From Fibrobacteria bacterium (lineage in GTDB: Bacteria; Fibrobacterota; Chitinivibrionia; Chitinivibrionales; FEN-1185), in contig JBBIGR010000003.1 of the NCBI GenBank assembly GCA_037447435.1, forward strand, positions 128,001 to 192,000: a stretch of 64,000 nt of DNA. Direction: 5' to 3'. The translations under genes and the position numbers were made by a program. The notes under the pieces are model-generated. The model made no database searches. It saw only the letters and a program-made list of their open reading frames with translations, and had not been told where the DNA came from. Of this stretch, positions 9,222-19,410 are shown in pieces. How positions within the stretch are numbered: the first letter of the stretch is position 1; each line of letters begins with the position of its first letter.

Positions 9222-12200
9222 TCGCAGTTCCGACAAATCAATCGACTACGGTAACCTTAGCCACGGGCAATGCAAAAATTCGTGCGCTTTTTGCACTCAA
9301 AGACTACACGTTGACGCTCCAAAAAACAAATACCGCCGATACAGTTTTTCCCTATCCAAGCGCTACGGTACAGCACGGCATTGCAACCTCGATACTTGTC
9401 AAGCCGGTGAGGGGTTCCCATTTTACAAATTGGACTACGGTCGTCGGGTTGGCCTCATTTGCAGACAGCGCACAGGCTTCGACGTCCGTAACCCTGACCA
9501 ACGGTACGACAACCATCCGTGCGGTAACCGTCGCGGACGCCTATATGTTGACTATGAAAAAGGACAGCGGCTCGGTGACCGTTCTTCCTGCCGGCAAAAC
9601 GACGTTTGCCTACGGCGATACTGCGTTGCTTATAGCTGCTCCTTCCATGGGTTATCGCTTTTCAGGATGGTCCGGCGACACACTGGTTTCGGATTCTCTT
9701 ATGACATCGATAAAAATCACTTTTGTGAAAAACCTGTCGATAATCGCAAATTTCACGAAAAAAGGAAGTTATTCGCTCCTTGTCAGTGGCGTTGGCGGTC
9801 GTGTGACAAAAAGTCCGGACAGTTCCTCGTATTCGAACAACGACAGAGTTGCCCTGACCGCAATTCCCGACAGCGTTCATCAATTTGACCATTGGAGCGG
9901 GGATGCGAGCGGAACTGCGAATCCCTGTACCGTGACGGTGAGCGGCAACAAATCCGTGATTGCTATTTTTGCAGTCAGGAAATTTCTTTTGACAATGCAA
10001 AACGGCGGCCACGGATCAACGACGCCTGCGGCATCGGATTCCATCCTCGTCGGCACGCCACGGGCGATTTCCGATTCCGTTGCGGCAGGGTATCGGTTTG
10101 TCAAGTGGAGCGTTTCACCGGCCAATGCGGCGACGATCCAGAACGATACTTCCGCGACCGGTGCTGCGGTAACCCTCAATCTCGCCCGCGACGTCGCGGT
10201 TTTGGCCAGCTATAATCAGCTTTTTTCCGTAAGCTTCTATGGAAACGGCAACGACAGCGGGACTGTACCTGTCAACAACAAGAAGTACTTGACGGGTGAC
10301 ACGGTCGTTATTCCGGCGGCAGGGACTCTTAAAAAGGTCGGGTACAATTTTTCCGGATGGGATACGAGTGCAAGCGGAAGCGGCATTGTCGGGTCGCCGA
10401 TTGTGGTTGGTTCTGCCGATGTGAAACTCTATGCAAAATGGATGGCTATATCCTATACGATCGCCTATAATCTTGATAACGGTACGAACGGAAGTTCTCC
10501 AGCAACGTCATATACCGTCGCTTCGCCTGCAATTAAGCTTCCGATTCCCGTAAAAACGGGATGTGTATTCGGAGGTTGGTTTACAAATTCAGGATTGACC
10601 GGAAATGCGGATTCATTGATTCCCGCCGGGTCAACGGGTAATAAAGAGTATTGGGTAAAGTGGTTGCCTATTTATACCGTCTCATTTGATGCGCAGGGTG
10701 CAACAAATCCGGCGGGGCTTCAAGTTGTTCCGCCGAAAAACACGCTCGATTCCCTCCCGACAACGCCGACAAAAACTGGGTATACCTTTGCAGGGTGGTA
10801 CACGGCCGCAAACGGAGGTGGAACGGCATTTACCGCAACAACGGTAGTCACGACAAACCTGCTGGTGTATGCCAAATGGATCCCGCAAACGTTCACCGTC
10901 TCCTTTGACGGCCAAGGCGGATCAACACCGGCGAATATAGACGTTGTTAATCCCGCGACGACCGTCGGCTCTCTACCGGCAACGCCTTTACGGGCCGGGT
11001 ATACTTTTGTCGGTTGGTTTACTGCGCCAAGCGGCGGCGGGACGGCGTTTACCGCGACCACGACCGTTACGGCGAGCCTGACGGTGTACGCGCAATGGAA
11101 CGCCAATCCGGCAAGTGCGCCGGTAAATATCATCCCCTTGCCTAATACCTTGACAATAGGAACAGGTACGCTTGGATTTGCACCAACGGAAAAAGTCACG
11201 ATCAGCTGTGATGTTGCGTCCGATTCCACGGTTCCATGGGTTGTTCAGCTTTTTAATCAGACAAATATTCCGACTTCTGTTGTGCGTTCGGGTACGGCAA
11301 AAATCGTGATAACGATGAACACCGCAGATCTTGGTACGCTTGGCAATGAAGGTTACAAATTGAGCATTACCGGAACACAGGTTATTATCACTGCCCCTAC
11401 AACAACCGGTCAATTTTATGCGGTGCAAACCTTGCGCCAGCTTTTTCCCGCAGATATCGAACGTCTCGGGACAGTCATAAACGGCCCCTTTTACCTAAAT
11501 CAATTGGAAATTACCGACAAGCCGCGTTTTGTTCATCGCGGTTGTTTGTTTGATCCAGTACGCCATTGGTGCGGCGGCAAAGACTCCCTGCTCATCCATA
11601 TCGACCGCATGGCGCTTTACAAGCTCAACCGGCTTCATATTCTGCTCAGTGACGACCAGGGTTTTCGCATCGAAAGTCTTGTGTATCCCAATCTTAACAC
11701 CGTTGGCTCAAATACACAGGTAGGCGGTGCTCATCCAACCGGGGGAACGAAGTGGTATTTTACACAGCAGGAAATGAAGGATATTGTTTCTTATGCAAAA
11801 AACCGAAAAATCGAAATCATTCCTGAAATCCAGTCGCCCGGCCATTGCACCGCAATGTGCGCATCATATCCAAATTTGGGAACGCCAAACGCCGCGGTCC
11901 AGACGGACCAAACAACAGGTAACAGCATCCTCAATTGTTCCGGAGCAAATGCGGCATATGTCAACACCTTCATGGGCAACCTCTGGCGAGAAATGTCCTC
12001 GATTTTCCCCTACAGCCAATACCATATTGGCGGGAGCGAAACATTCAATGCATCGGCTGCAGATTACAACGCTTTTATGTTGCGAATGCAGGATACGCTT
12101 CTTGCCATAGGAAAGCAGGCGATCGGATGGCAAGAGATCACCGCCGCGGGATTGCGAAGCGGAAATATATCGCAATCATGGTCAAAGTCGACAACCGGGA

Positions 12201-12619
12201 CGATTTTTTCGCCTTGCGATAACATGTTTTTGGACAATGCAAACCAGACCGGCGATGTAAGTACAATGAACTGGTGCGTGAATCAATTGACACTTCAAAA
12301 TGTTTATTCCTCTAATGTGTCAAACGCCTCAATCAAAGGAATTGAAGGAGTTCTATATACCGAGGAAGTTTCCTTGCCGCAATATTGGGACCGCCAGTTC
12401 TGGCCACGCCTGGCCGCGGTTGCCGAAGTCGGGTGGGCGCCGACCAATTCGAATTACGCAGGTTTTCAAACAAGAATCGGGTATTTTGGCGCCAGAATGT
12501 CGGCCATGGGTATTACGTATTACATTACCGGCGGAATAACCTGGAATACGGCTTCCCTGAATTCTTCAAAGAAAAATGTGTATTATAATTTCGTACCGGC
12601 ATTGATTCCTGTAAATTGA
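9188..12619 (+). CDS. C-terminal part of the same lipoprotein: InlB-B/Flg_new repeats + GH20 beta-N-acetylhexosaminidase-like domain
   Basis: Repeats YTVSFD..G...P.K.GYTF.GW.T...GG...F...T.V...L.VYA.W; GH20b EGY.L.I...FYAVQTLRQL; GH20 ITDKPRF.HRG..FD..RH, KLNRLH..LSDDQG.RIE, PEI..PGH, HIGG.E, WPRLAAVAEVGW. No RBS or signal peptide of its own. Confidence 0.85.
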   Translation: MRWDVDSGTAVIAVPTNQSTTVTLATGNAKIRALFALKDYTLTLQKTNTADTVFPYPSATVQHGIATSILVKPVRGSHFTNWTTVVGLASFADSAQASTSVTLTNGTTTIRAVTVADAYMLTMKKDSGSVTVLPAGKTTFAYGDTALLIAAPSMGYRFSGWSGDTLVSDSLMTSIKITFVKNLSIIANFTKKGSYSLLVSGVGGRVTKSPDSSSYSNNDRVALTAIPDSVHQFDHWSGDASGTANPCTVTVSGNKSVIAIFAVRKFLLTMQNGGHGSTTPAASDSILVGTPRAISDSVAAGYRFVKWSVSPANAATIQNDTSATGAAVTLNLARDVAVLASYNQLFSVSFYGNGNDSGTVPVNNKKYLTGDTVVIPAAGTLKKVGYNFSGWDTSASGSGIVGSPIVVGSADVKLYAKWMAISYTIAYNLDNGTNGSSPATSYTVASPAIKLPIPVKTGCVFGGWFTNSGLTGNADSLIPAGSTGNKEYWVKWLPIYTVSFDAQGATNPAGLQVVPPKNTLDSLPTTPTKTGYTFAGWYTAANGGGTAFTATTVVTTNLLVYAKWIPQTFTVSFDGQGGSTPANIDVVNPATTVGSLPATPLRAGYTFVGWFTAPSGGGTAFTATTTVTASLTVYAQWNANPASAPVNIIPLPNTLTIGTGTLGFAPTEKVTISCDVASDSTVPWVVQLFNQTNIPTSVVRSGTAKIVITMNTADLGTLGNEGYKLSITGTQVIITAPTTTGQFYAVQTLRQLFPADIERLGTVINGPFYLNQLEITDKPRFVHRGCLFDPVRHWCGGKDSLLIHIDRMALYKLNRLHILLSDDQGFRIESLVYPNLNTVGSNTQVGGAHPTGGTKWYFTQQEMKDIVSYAKNRKIEIIPEIQSPGHCTAMCASYPNLGTPNAAVQTDQTTGNSILNCSGANAAYVNTFMGNLWREMSSIFPYSQYHIGGSETFNASAADYNAFMLRMQDTLLAIGKQAIGWQEITAAGLRSGNISQSWSKSTTGTIFSPCDNMFLDNANQTGDVSTMNWCVNQLTLQNVYSSNVSNASIKGIEGVLYTEEVSLPQYWDRQFWPRLAAVAEVGWAPTNSNYAGFQTRIGYFGARMSAMGITYYITGGITWNTASLNSSKKNVYYNFVPALIPVN

Positions 12620-12654
12620 AAACAAGTCTTGCGGATGAGAGGAATGGATAAAAA

Positions 12655-12681
12655 AAGAAAAGGCCTTAGCGGCCTTTTCTT
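12655..12681. terminator. Bidirectional rho-independent terminator
   Basis: AAGAAAAGGCC-TTAGC-GGCCTTTTCTT between convergent genes. Confidence 0.8.
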
Positions 12682-12700
12682 ATCGTCATTTTAAAAACCG

Positions 12701-14062
12701 TTACTTGAAAAATTCATCGTACAATGCAGCTACCGCTTTCTTTTCGTCCGAGGCGTCGATGCCGAATATCATGCTGATTTCCGAGCTGCCCTGATTGCAC
12801 ATCTTAATGTTGACATTTGCCTTAGACAACGCGGCTGCGGATTGCGAAAGCACTCCGATTTTATGCATGAGTCCTTCGCCGACAACCGCGACGAGGGCAA
12901 TGCCGAATTCCACCTTAATGTCGTCGGGTTTCAAACTTTCTTCTATGGTACGAATGATGTTGTTAACGTCTTCGGGGCGTAACTGGTTTTGGTCGAGGAT
13001 AATGGAAATATTGTCCACGCCCGACGGACAATGTTCATATGAAAAGTTAAGGTCTTCGAAAATCGACAATAACCGACGTCCGAACCCTTTTTCACGGTTC
13101 ATGAGGAATTTTTGCAGGGTGAAGCTGCAATAACCGCCGCCAGAGGCAATGCCGGTGACATCGCGTTGGCTGGGCAACCGCTCGGAAACAATGAGCGTTC
13201 CCGTGTTGTCGAGATTGAAGGTATTGCGCAAACGGATTGGGATTTTCTTTCGCATCACCGGTCGTACCGCTTCTTCGTGCAAAACATTAAAACCGATATA
13301 CGATAATTCGCGCATTTCCTTGTAAGTGAGAGCAGGGATGCGGACCGGCGCCTCGACCGTATTGGGATTGGCGCTAAAAATGCCGTCGACATCGGTAAAG
13401 TTTTCATATTCCACCGCATCAATAGCCTCGGCCAAAATGGATCCTGTAAGGTCGGAGCCGCCGCGGGAAAATGTCGCAGTGTCGCCGTCTTCGGTAATGC
13501 CGAAAAAACCCGGGAATACGACGATGTTTTCGGCGCAGATTTTTTTCAGAACCGCCAGGCGTAATTCAACTTCGTCAATTGGCTGGGCGTCACCGAAAAC
13601 CGGTGTCACGATGAGCCCTGCTTCTTTGGGAGACACGTACGTAGCTTTCTTTCCAAGATGTTTGAGATATTCTGCAAACAAGCGTGCGTTGATGTCTTCG
13701 CCGGCGGCAACAACCAGGTCGCGAAACTTGCCGCTATGGTCTTTTGCAGACGAAAGCCGTTTGTCGAAATCTTCAAGTACCGGTTCGATAACTTCCTTTT
13801 TTACACCCAGGGGTTCGTAAATTTCCCTATACCGGTTTTTTACGATGGTCACTTCTTCGACATATGGTTCCCCCTTAAGGGCTTTTTGCGTTGCCTTAAT
13901 CAGCATGTCGGTGACCTTGACCGTCACGCCTTTGGCTTTGCCCGGGGCAGACACAACCACCAATCGGCGATTGGCGTTCTTATCCAAAATGTGGGCGATT
14001 TGTTGTATCGTTTCCTTGGTGGCGACGGATGTCCCGCCAAATTTACATACAATAATGTCCAT
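12701..14062 (-). CDS. lysC: Aspartate kinase
   Basis: KFGGTSVA, VVVSAPGK, TFSRGGSD.TG, TDVDGI..ANP, ELSY.G..VLH, C-terminal ACT domains. Confidence 0.95.
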   Translation of the reverse strand: MDIIVCKFGGTSVATKETIQQIAHILDKNANRRLVVVSAPGKAKGVTVKVTDMLIKATQKALKGEPYVEEVTIVKNRYREIYEPLGVKKEVIEPVLEDFDKRLSSAKDHSGKFRDLVVAAGEDINARLFAEYLKHLGKKATYVSPKEAGLIVTPVFGDAQPIDEVELRLAVLKKICAENIVVFPGFFGITEDGDTATFSRGGSDLTGSILAEAIDAVEYENFTDVDGIFSANPNTVEAPVRIPALTYKEMRELSYIGFNVLHEEAVRPVMRKKIPIRLRNTFNLDNTGTLIVSERLPSQRDVTGIASGGGYCSFTLQKFLMNREKGFGRRLLSIFEDLNFSYEHCPSGVDNISIILDQNQLRPEDVNNIIRTIEESLKPDDIKVEFGIALVAVVGEGLMHKIGVLSQSAAALSKANVNIKMCNQGSSEISMIFGIDASDEKKAVAALYDEFFK

Positions 14063-14077
14063 GAATCATTCTCCGCG

Positions 14078-15058
14078 TTATAATGGTGAAGCCTGAAACG
14101 AATTTTTCTTTCTGTACGAGCCAGGCGTATGCGAGGCATAATGTTTAAAAGCGCGCGTAAAGGAATTTGCATTCGGGTAACCGACGATTGTAGCAATATC
14201 GCAAATGGACTTTTGAGATTCTTCGAGCAGGTATTTTGCGTGGTCCATTCGAACATCGGTCAGATATTTGTACAGCGTTTTTCCCGTTTCTTTTGTAAAA
14301 ATAATGTTCAGATAGTTAATGTCGACGCCGCATTCCTTAGAAAGCGCTTCCTGGTGATGGAACGAGGAATAATTCGTTTTCATGAAATTCTTGGCTTTTG
14401 CAACAAGACTTTTTTGCTTGTTTTTAGGAAATTGGCTTTCTTCGATGACCAAAATTCCTTTTTTAAACAATACGACAAGTATTTCAAGGATGCGGGAAAT
14501 CGTTGCCAGGCCGAGCATTTCCTTATTGCCGCAAATAACCTGGATGCAATCGAAAATAAGATTTTCAAAATAGAGTTTTTCGTTTTCGGCCAAAACGATT
14601 TTTCCTTCGACTTCGGAATTCCAATAACATTTTGCCTGTTGAGAGGGGAGCAGAACGAAATCCATCATGAAGCATTCAAACGGTCCTCGTTGATGCATAT
14701 ACGTATGACGTTCGCCGTGATCCATGATACCCAGGTGACCCGGCCTCGAATTCCCAAATGTGCTTCGTGTGGCGTTTTGTATAATACCCATGCCGTCGAC
14801 TTGATACCAAAGCCGATAGCTGTCTTGCTGAAATCGAAGCAGGGTTTCGTTGGTTCCCGTCGGCATATTCATATTGCGAAGGTAATCGATGGACTTGATA
14901 ATGATTTTCATCTTAGGAAGTTCGATCACCGCACCATTGGGTACCCATGTAGCCAAATTAGCAAAAGTCTCAAACCCCTTTAAGCGAGGATGTTGGACTA
15001 TGCTTGAAGCTGCAAATTGCGACAAAATTTCGTGACGAGTAGGAAACATAGCCCACAA
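14078..15058 (-). CDS. AraC-family transcriptional regulator
   Basis: C-terminal double HTH: YL...F.KETG...Y.YL...RM..AK.LL......I..IA..VGY...NSF.RAFK.....TP..YR. Start uncertain (possibly the Met at ~14911). Confidence 0.9.
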   Translation of the reverse strand: MWAMFPTRHEILSQFAASSIVQHPRLKGFETFANLATWVPNGAVIELPKMKIIIKSIDYLRNMNMPTGTNETLLRFQQDSYRLWYQVDGMGIIQNATRSTFGNSRPGHLGIMDHGERHTYMHQRGPFECFMMDFVLLPSQQAKCYWNSEVEGKIVLAENEKLYFENLIFDCIQVICGNKEMLGLATISRILEILVVLFKKGILVIEESQFPKNKQKSLVAKAKNFMKTNYSSFHHQEALSKECGVDINYLNIIFTKETGKTLYKYLTDVRMDHAKYLLEESQKSICDIATIVGYPNANSFTRAFKHYASHTPGSYRKKNSFQASPL

Positions 15059-15171
15059 AATACATGATACCCTGCAAACGGCAAATACTGGAATTTTCGA
15101 AATAGCTATTTTTTTGTTTTAGCAAAAAATGTGCAGGGCAAACGTCGGTGTTTCCTTGGCATTTTGGTTTG

Positions 15172-15453
15172 CTACCAAAGGATTTTTACCAATCCGAGAG
15201 TGAAGGCCGCGAGCAAAATCGCTCCGATAATCGCGGTTAAGCCAAGGCCTCTCTTTTGCTGCTTTGCCGATGAGGGGAACTCATTTCGAACGAGTTCATC
15301 GTAATCGATTTCATCACCGACATCTATGCCGTCAAGATATGTCCGGTCCGACCAGCCGCTTCGTTCATCCGCACCGCAATGAGGACAGGCCAATGCGCTG
15401 ACAGAAACGAGGCCGTTGCAAACAGGGCAAATAAAGGTCTTGTTGGTTCTCAT
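15172..15453 (-). CDS. Small zinc-ribbon membrane protein
   Basis: CPVC...ACPHCG.D...GW, acidic linker, C-terminal TM helix. Confidence 0.65.
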   Translation of the reverse strand: MRTNKTFICPVCNGLVSVSALACPHCGADERSGWSDRTYLDGIDVGDEIDYDELVRNEFPSSAKQQKRGLGLTAIIGAILLAAFTLGLVKILW

Positions 15454-15457
15454 ACTA

Positions 15458-15922
15458 TTAAGGCTTTGTTTTCATCATTAAGATTTCGTCCACACCGGGT
15501 TTATAAAGGTCGGCGAGTTTCGATACTTCCACATACCCGTTATTACTATAAAATCGTTGTGCATCGGTATTAAAAGCCGAAACGGTACAAAAGACTCTTG
15601 ATGCAATGAAAAAACCGTTTCGTTCAAAATGGCCGATAAGTTCTTTTCCTATATGAAGATTGCGATAGTTGGGTTTGACAGCTAAAAGCCTTAAATAGGA
15701 AAATCGGCAAAACATGCCTTTTGCAGTTGCCCAATAAAATCCCGCTACCACCTCATCGGGAACAATTGCGACGAAAACTTCATTGTTGTCTATACCCGAC
15801 TTGATAAGGCGCAAAGTATAATCGCTATCGTTGAAATATTTTGTCTGAATTCCGGATTGCGATAAAGCCTCCGCGCATTCATCGAGCATTTTGAGGTTTG
15901 CTTGAACTATTTGTATCTGCAT
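15458..15922 (-). CDS. GNAT-family N-acetyltransferase
   Basis: LAV.P.YRN..IGK.L and N..AQRFY...GY motifs. Confidence 0.85.
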   Translation of the reverse strand: MQIQIVQANLKMLDECAEALSQSGIQTKYFNDSDYTLRLIKSGIDNNEVFVAIVPDEVVAGFYWATAKGMFCRFSYLRLLAVKPNYRNLHIGKELIGHFERNGFFIASRVFCTVSAFNTDAQRFYSNNGYVEVSKLADLYKPGVDEILMMKTKP

Positions 15923-16174
15923 TTTATTCCCACAATGAGGACTGCATTAGATTATAATACGGTCGCTCGATTAAAAGGTTTTAAAGTATTTCCGGTAGAT
16001 TAAATATGGCAAAATCCATGACTTTTTACAACAATCAAATAAAAAACAATTTATATCGAATATCTGTTTTTCCTTCAATTGTAACAAGGAGCGAGAGGAA
16101 TTATTTTCCATACTGAGATATTTCATATAAGTATCGCGAAACGAGACGACAGCGAGCTTTCAAAAAGGGTATTA

Positions 16175-17617
16175 ATGGACAACACACAAAAGGTTTTATT
16201 CATCGAGCCGCCTCCGACATTGACCTGGTCTGTGGATTCACGGATTTCAAAAGCCGGCCGCCGGCATCCGTGTTTAAATGAAACCGGCGAACAGGTATAC
16301 AGTTATCAAAATCTTTCCTGTGCTGCAATACTTCGCAACACGGGCTTTTCCGTCGAATATCTGCATTGTCCGACGGCGCGGCTCGACATGAGTATGACGA
16401 AGGCAGAAGTAGACAAAAGGAAACCGCTTGCCGTCGTCATTTTAGTGGAGCATATCAATGCGCCGGTTGCTTGGGAAGTGAGCCGTCATGCAAAAGACCG
16501 GGGCGCGCTGGTGATTTGGGTCGGGCCGTTTGTGACTGCCCTGCATGAAAATGAAATCAAACGCAATTGCGTTGATTATATCGTTCGCAAAGAATGGGAC
16601 TACACGGTCGGAATGGTCATCGATGCGCATTCCCATCAAAAAGACATGGCCGCAGTATCGGGCGTTACCTGGAAAGATCGGGAGGGTATCGTTCACGTCA
16701 ATCCCGACAGTACCGCCGTCATCGATGTGGAACAGTTGCCCGTTCCTGCTTATGATTTACTTGATTTAAGTAAGTTTTACGAAAGCGTTTTCGTCGCGTT
16801 CCCTGCGGCGACAATGATCACTTCCCGCGGCTGTCCGTTCCATTGCATTTTTTGTTCCTATCCGCAAACCATTTACGGCCATGCCTACAGGGCGATGTCG
16901 CCCAAACGGGTCGTAGACGAAATTGCGTATCTTGTACACGATCTCGGTGTCAAGGAAATCCGTATCGACGACGATACGTTCAACATCGACAAACAACGCG
17001 TTATCGATATATGTAAATTGCTGATAGAACGGAACATAAAGGTCATTTATTCGATACAAGCCAGGGCGCAGCTCATGACCGACGAAATGGCCTATTGGCT
17101 AAAAAAATCAGGCTGTCGCATGGTACTATACGGCGTAGAATCCGGCAACGACGAGGTCTTGAAGCACATGCGTAAAAACACCACCAAAGACGAAATACGG
17201 CGCGGCGTTGCCATTGCAAAAAAACACGGGCTTGACGTCCTTAATTGCATCATGCTCGGTTTTTTCTGGGATACAAAAGAAACGGTTGAAGAATCCTTAA
17301 AATTCGCTTTCGAACTCAATGCCGAATTTACCCAGGTTTCCGCACCCACTCCTTTGCCCGGTACGGATTATTACAAATTACTCAAGGAAAACAATTGCCT
17401 GCTGACCGAAGACTGGGACAAGCACGACAGCGTACACCATTCGGCGGTTGCATTGCCTAAAATGACAAATGAGGAAATCAACCAGTATCTATCGACATTC
17501 TACCGGAGATATTATCGCCGCCCCAAATATCTTTTGATGATGGTCATGAGGTCGTTTCGGTCGTGGGGAAATTTTACCCAGAGTCTTCGCAAATTTTCGG
17601 TGATATTCACAAAATAG
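16175..17617 (+). CDS. B12-binding-domain radical SAM protein (HpnJ/BchE-like)
   Basis: TSRGCPFHCIFC CxxxCxxC, IDDDTF, YGVESG, TPLPGT; N-terminal cobalamin-binding-like region. Confidence 0.85.
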   Translation: MDNTQKVLFIEPPPTLTWSVDSRISKAGRRHPCLNETGEQVYSYQNLSCAAILRNTGFSVEYLHCPTARLDMSMTKAEVDKRKPLAVVILVEHINAPVAWEVSRHAKDRGALVIWVGPFVTALHENEIKRNCVDYIVRKEWDYTVGMVIDAHSHQKDMAAVSGVTWKDREGIVHVNPDSTAVIDVEQLPVPAYDLLDLSKFYESVFVAFPAATMITSRGCPFHCIFCSYPQTIYGHAYRAMSPKRVVDEIAYLVHDLGVKEIRIDDDTFNIDKQRVIDICKLLIERNIKVIYSIQARAQLMTDEMAYWLKKSGCRMVLYGVESGNDEVLKHMRKNTTKDEIRRGVAIAKKHGLDVLNCIMLGFFWDTKETVEESLKFAFELNAEFTQVSAPTPLPGTDYYKLLKENNCLLTEDWDKHDSVHHSAVALPKMTNEEINQYLSTFYRRYYRRPKYLLMMVMRSFRSWGNFTQSLRKFSVIFTK

Positions 17618-17637
17618 AATTGTCGGGTTTGGGTAGA

Positions 17638-17665
17638 GTAGAGACGCACTATAGTGCGTCTCTAC
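17638..17665. repeat. REP-like perfect palindrome
   Basis: GTAGAGACGCACTA|TAGTGCGTCTCTAC, a 28-bp perfect palindrome starting with GTAG, intergenic between convergent genes. Confidence 0.75.
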
Positions 17666-17708
17666 ATATTTTATATCCCGGCGGTATATCCCATCCCGCA
17701 TCGCAATT

Positions 17709-19151
17709 TCATTTTTCATCCCGGATTTTTATAAATCCCATTAATATCATCGCCGGAATTGTCGTGAAAAATCCGATCAAAAACAAATTCATGTACCCCA
17801 TTTTTTCAACGATAATGCCGCCGAAGCCCCCGAAAACGGTAGAAAAAATTGACATGAACGCCGAGCCTATTGCATAGTGGCCGGCCTTGAATTCCTTTTT
17901 GCAGGTTTGCAAAATATAAACGATCAACGATGCATTTCCTAAACCTGCGGCAAGTTGTTCGTAACAATAAACACTGCCGATCGTAAGCAACCCTGATGTC
18001 GTGGTCGCGAGCGGCCTGTGCCAGGCAAGCCAGACATAGGCAAGGATATTGAGATTCATGGTCAAGGTGAGAGGCCAAATTGCCTTTTTTAGCCCTGTTT
18101 TCTTTATCCATAACCCGCCGATTGTGGTACCTGCAATCGAACCCAAAAGACCGACCAAACCGCTCAGCCATGCAAGTTGGATATTTGAAACAAGAAGGAA
18201 TCGTTTCAAAAATGGGGTTCCCATTGAAAAAATCACTTCATCACCGATTTTGTAAAAAATTATAAATACCAGACTCAAAGCTATGCCGGGTTTTGCCTGA
18301 CCAACTAAAACCGCCAACAAGCCGAATAAGCCGAACGCCAGTGCCTGTATCGGGTCATGCTTGACAAGCGTTACGGTTATAAACACGGCCAGTCCCCCCA
18401 AAAGTCCGCTGACAAGTGCGACACCCGATCGTTTTTGAGATATTTCCAAATATGAGGCAAAAGAGGTCATGAAATCGTTTATCACGGTCTTGACATCGGC
18501 GGAAACCTTTTTTGCGGTTTCGAATACAGGCAATGAAAAACAATGATACAAAGCGAATATTCCCATGGTGATTGACGCTGCGGCAAATCCATAGCCCCAG
18601 GCATTATACATGTTGAGTGCAGATGCTTTTTTCGCCATAGTCCCAACACTGAAAATGATCCCGAATTTCGCAACAACCAGGGCGAGTCGATAGGCAAATA
18701 CCCGGTATCCCGTATATGCAGCCTGTTCCTTGGCTTCGGTGATGCCTTCCATATAATAGCCGTCAATGACAATGTCGTTTGTCGCAGACAAAAAGGCTAA
18801 CGCAATAAAGAGGAAAACCAAAATCGAGGTGGAAACTGTGGGGTCGGCACTTTTACTTGCTGTAAAGCATAATACCGATACCCCGGCAGTCAATATCGTT
18901 ATGATGATCTGGACCAAGGCCATCCAGCCCTTTTTACTTCCAAAAATATCGACCAGCGGTGCCCAGAGGAACTTGAGGTTCCAGGGAATGCCGAGAAAAT
19001 TCAAATACCCTAGATATCGTTCCTTCATGCCGATGTCGGTAAAAAAAACGGATGACATCATTCTGACAATACCGAATGGAAACCCTTCGGCAAAGTATGT
19101 GGTAAAACACCAAAATGAGGGCTTTGAGAAAAGAGATTTTTTTTCGGGCAT
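17709..19151 (-). CDS. ampG: AmpG-like MFS permease (muropeptide transporter family)
   Basis: YFAEGFP, PWNLKFLWAPLVD, SATNDIVIDGYY, FYKIGD, GHYAIG motifs; ~12 TM. Confidence 0.8.
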   Translation of the reverse strand: MPEKKSLFSKPSFWCFTTYFAEGFPFGIVRMMSSVFFTDIGMKERYLGYLNFLGIPWNLKFLWAPLVDIFGSKKGWMALVQIIITILTAGVSVLCFTASKSADPTVSTSILVFLFIALAFLSATNDIVIDGYYMEGITEAKEQAAYTGYRVFAYRLALVVAKFGIIFSVGTMAKKASALNMYNAWGYGFAAASITMGIFALYHCFSLPVFETAKKVSADVKTVINDFMTSFASYLEISQKRSGVALVSGLLGGLAVFITVTLVKHDPIQALAFGLFGLLAVLVGQAKPGIALSLVFIIFYKIGDEVIFSMGTPFLKRFLLVSNIQLAWLSGLVGLLGSIAGTTIGGLWIKKTGLKKAIWPLTLTMNLNILAYVWLAWHRPLATTTSGLLTIGSVYCYEQLAAGLGNASLIVYILQTCKKEFKAGHYAIGSAFMSIFSTVFGGFGGIIVEKMGYMNLFLIGFFTTIPAMILMGFIKIRDEK

Positions 19152-19410
19152 TGTCTAAAAATAACCATTACCCTTCGGCTGACAATACCATTTTTTTGTG
19201 GAATTATTATGTTTACTGGAAATGTCGTTATTTTTGCTAGTTTTATGCAATTTTCTAGCTAAGATGTGTTTACTGAAAATATGTAATTAAATTTGCGCAT
19301 AAGCAAAATTTTGCTTATATTAGCTCGTAGACAAGTGCCCTGCAAAATCAGAAATTAGCAATAAACAGTCATTTCTATTATTTAAAATCACTTTTTTAAG
19401 GGGAAGTTTG

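Noticed and set aside
14129..14983. 284-aa plus-strand ORF
   Set aside because: Antisense shadow of the AraC gene; no recognisable motifs or RBS.
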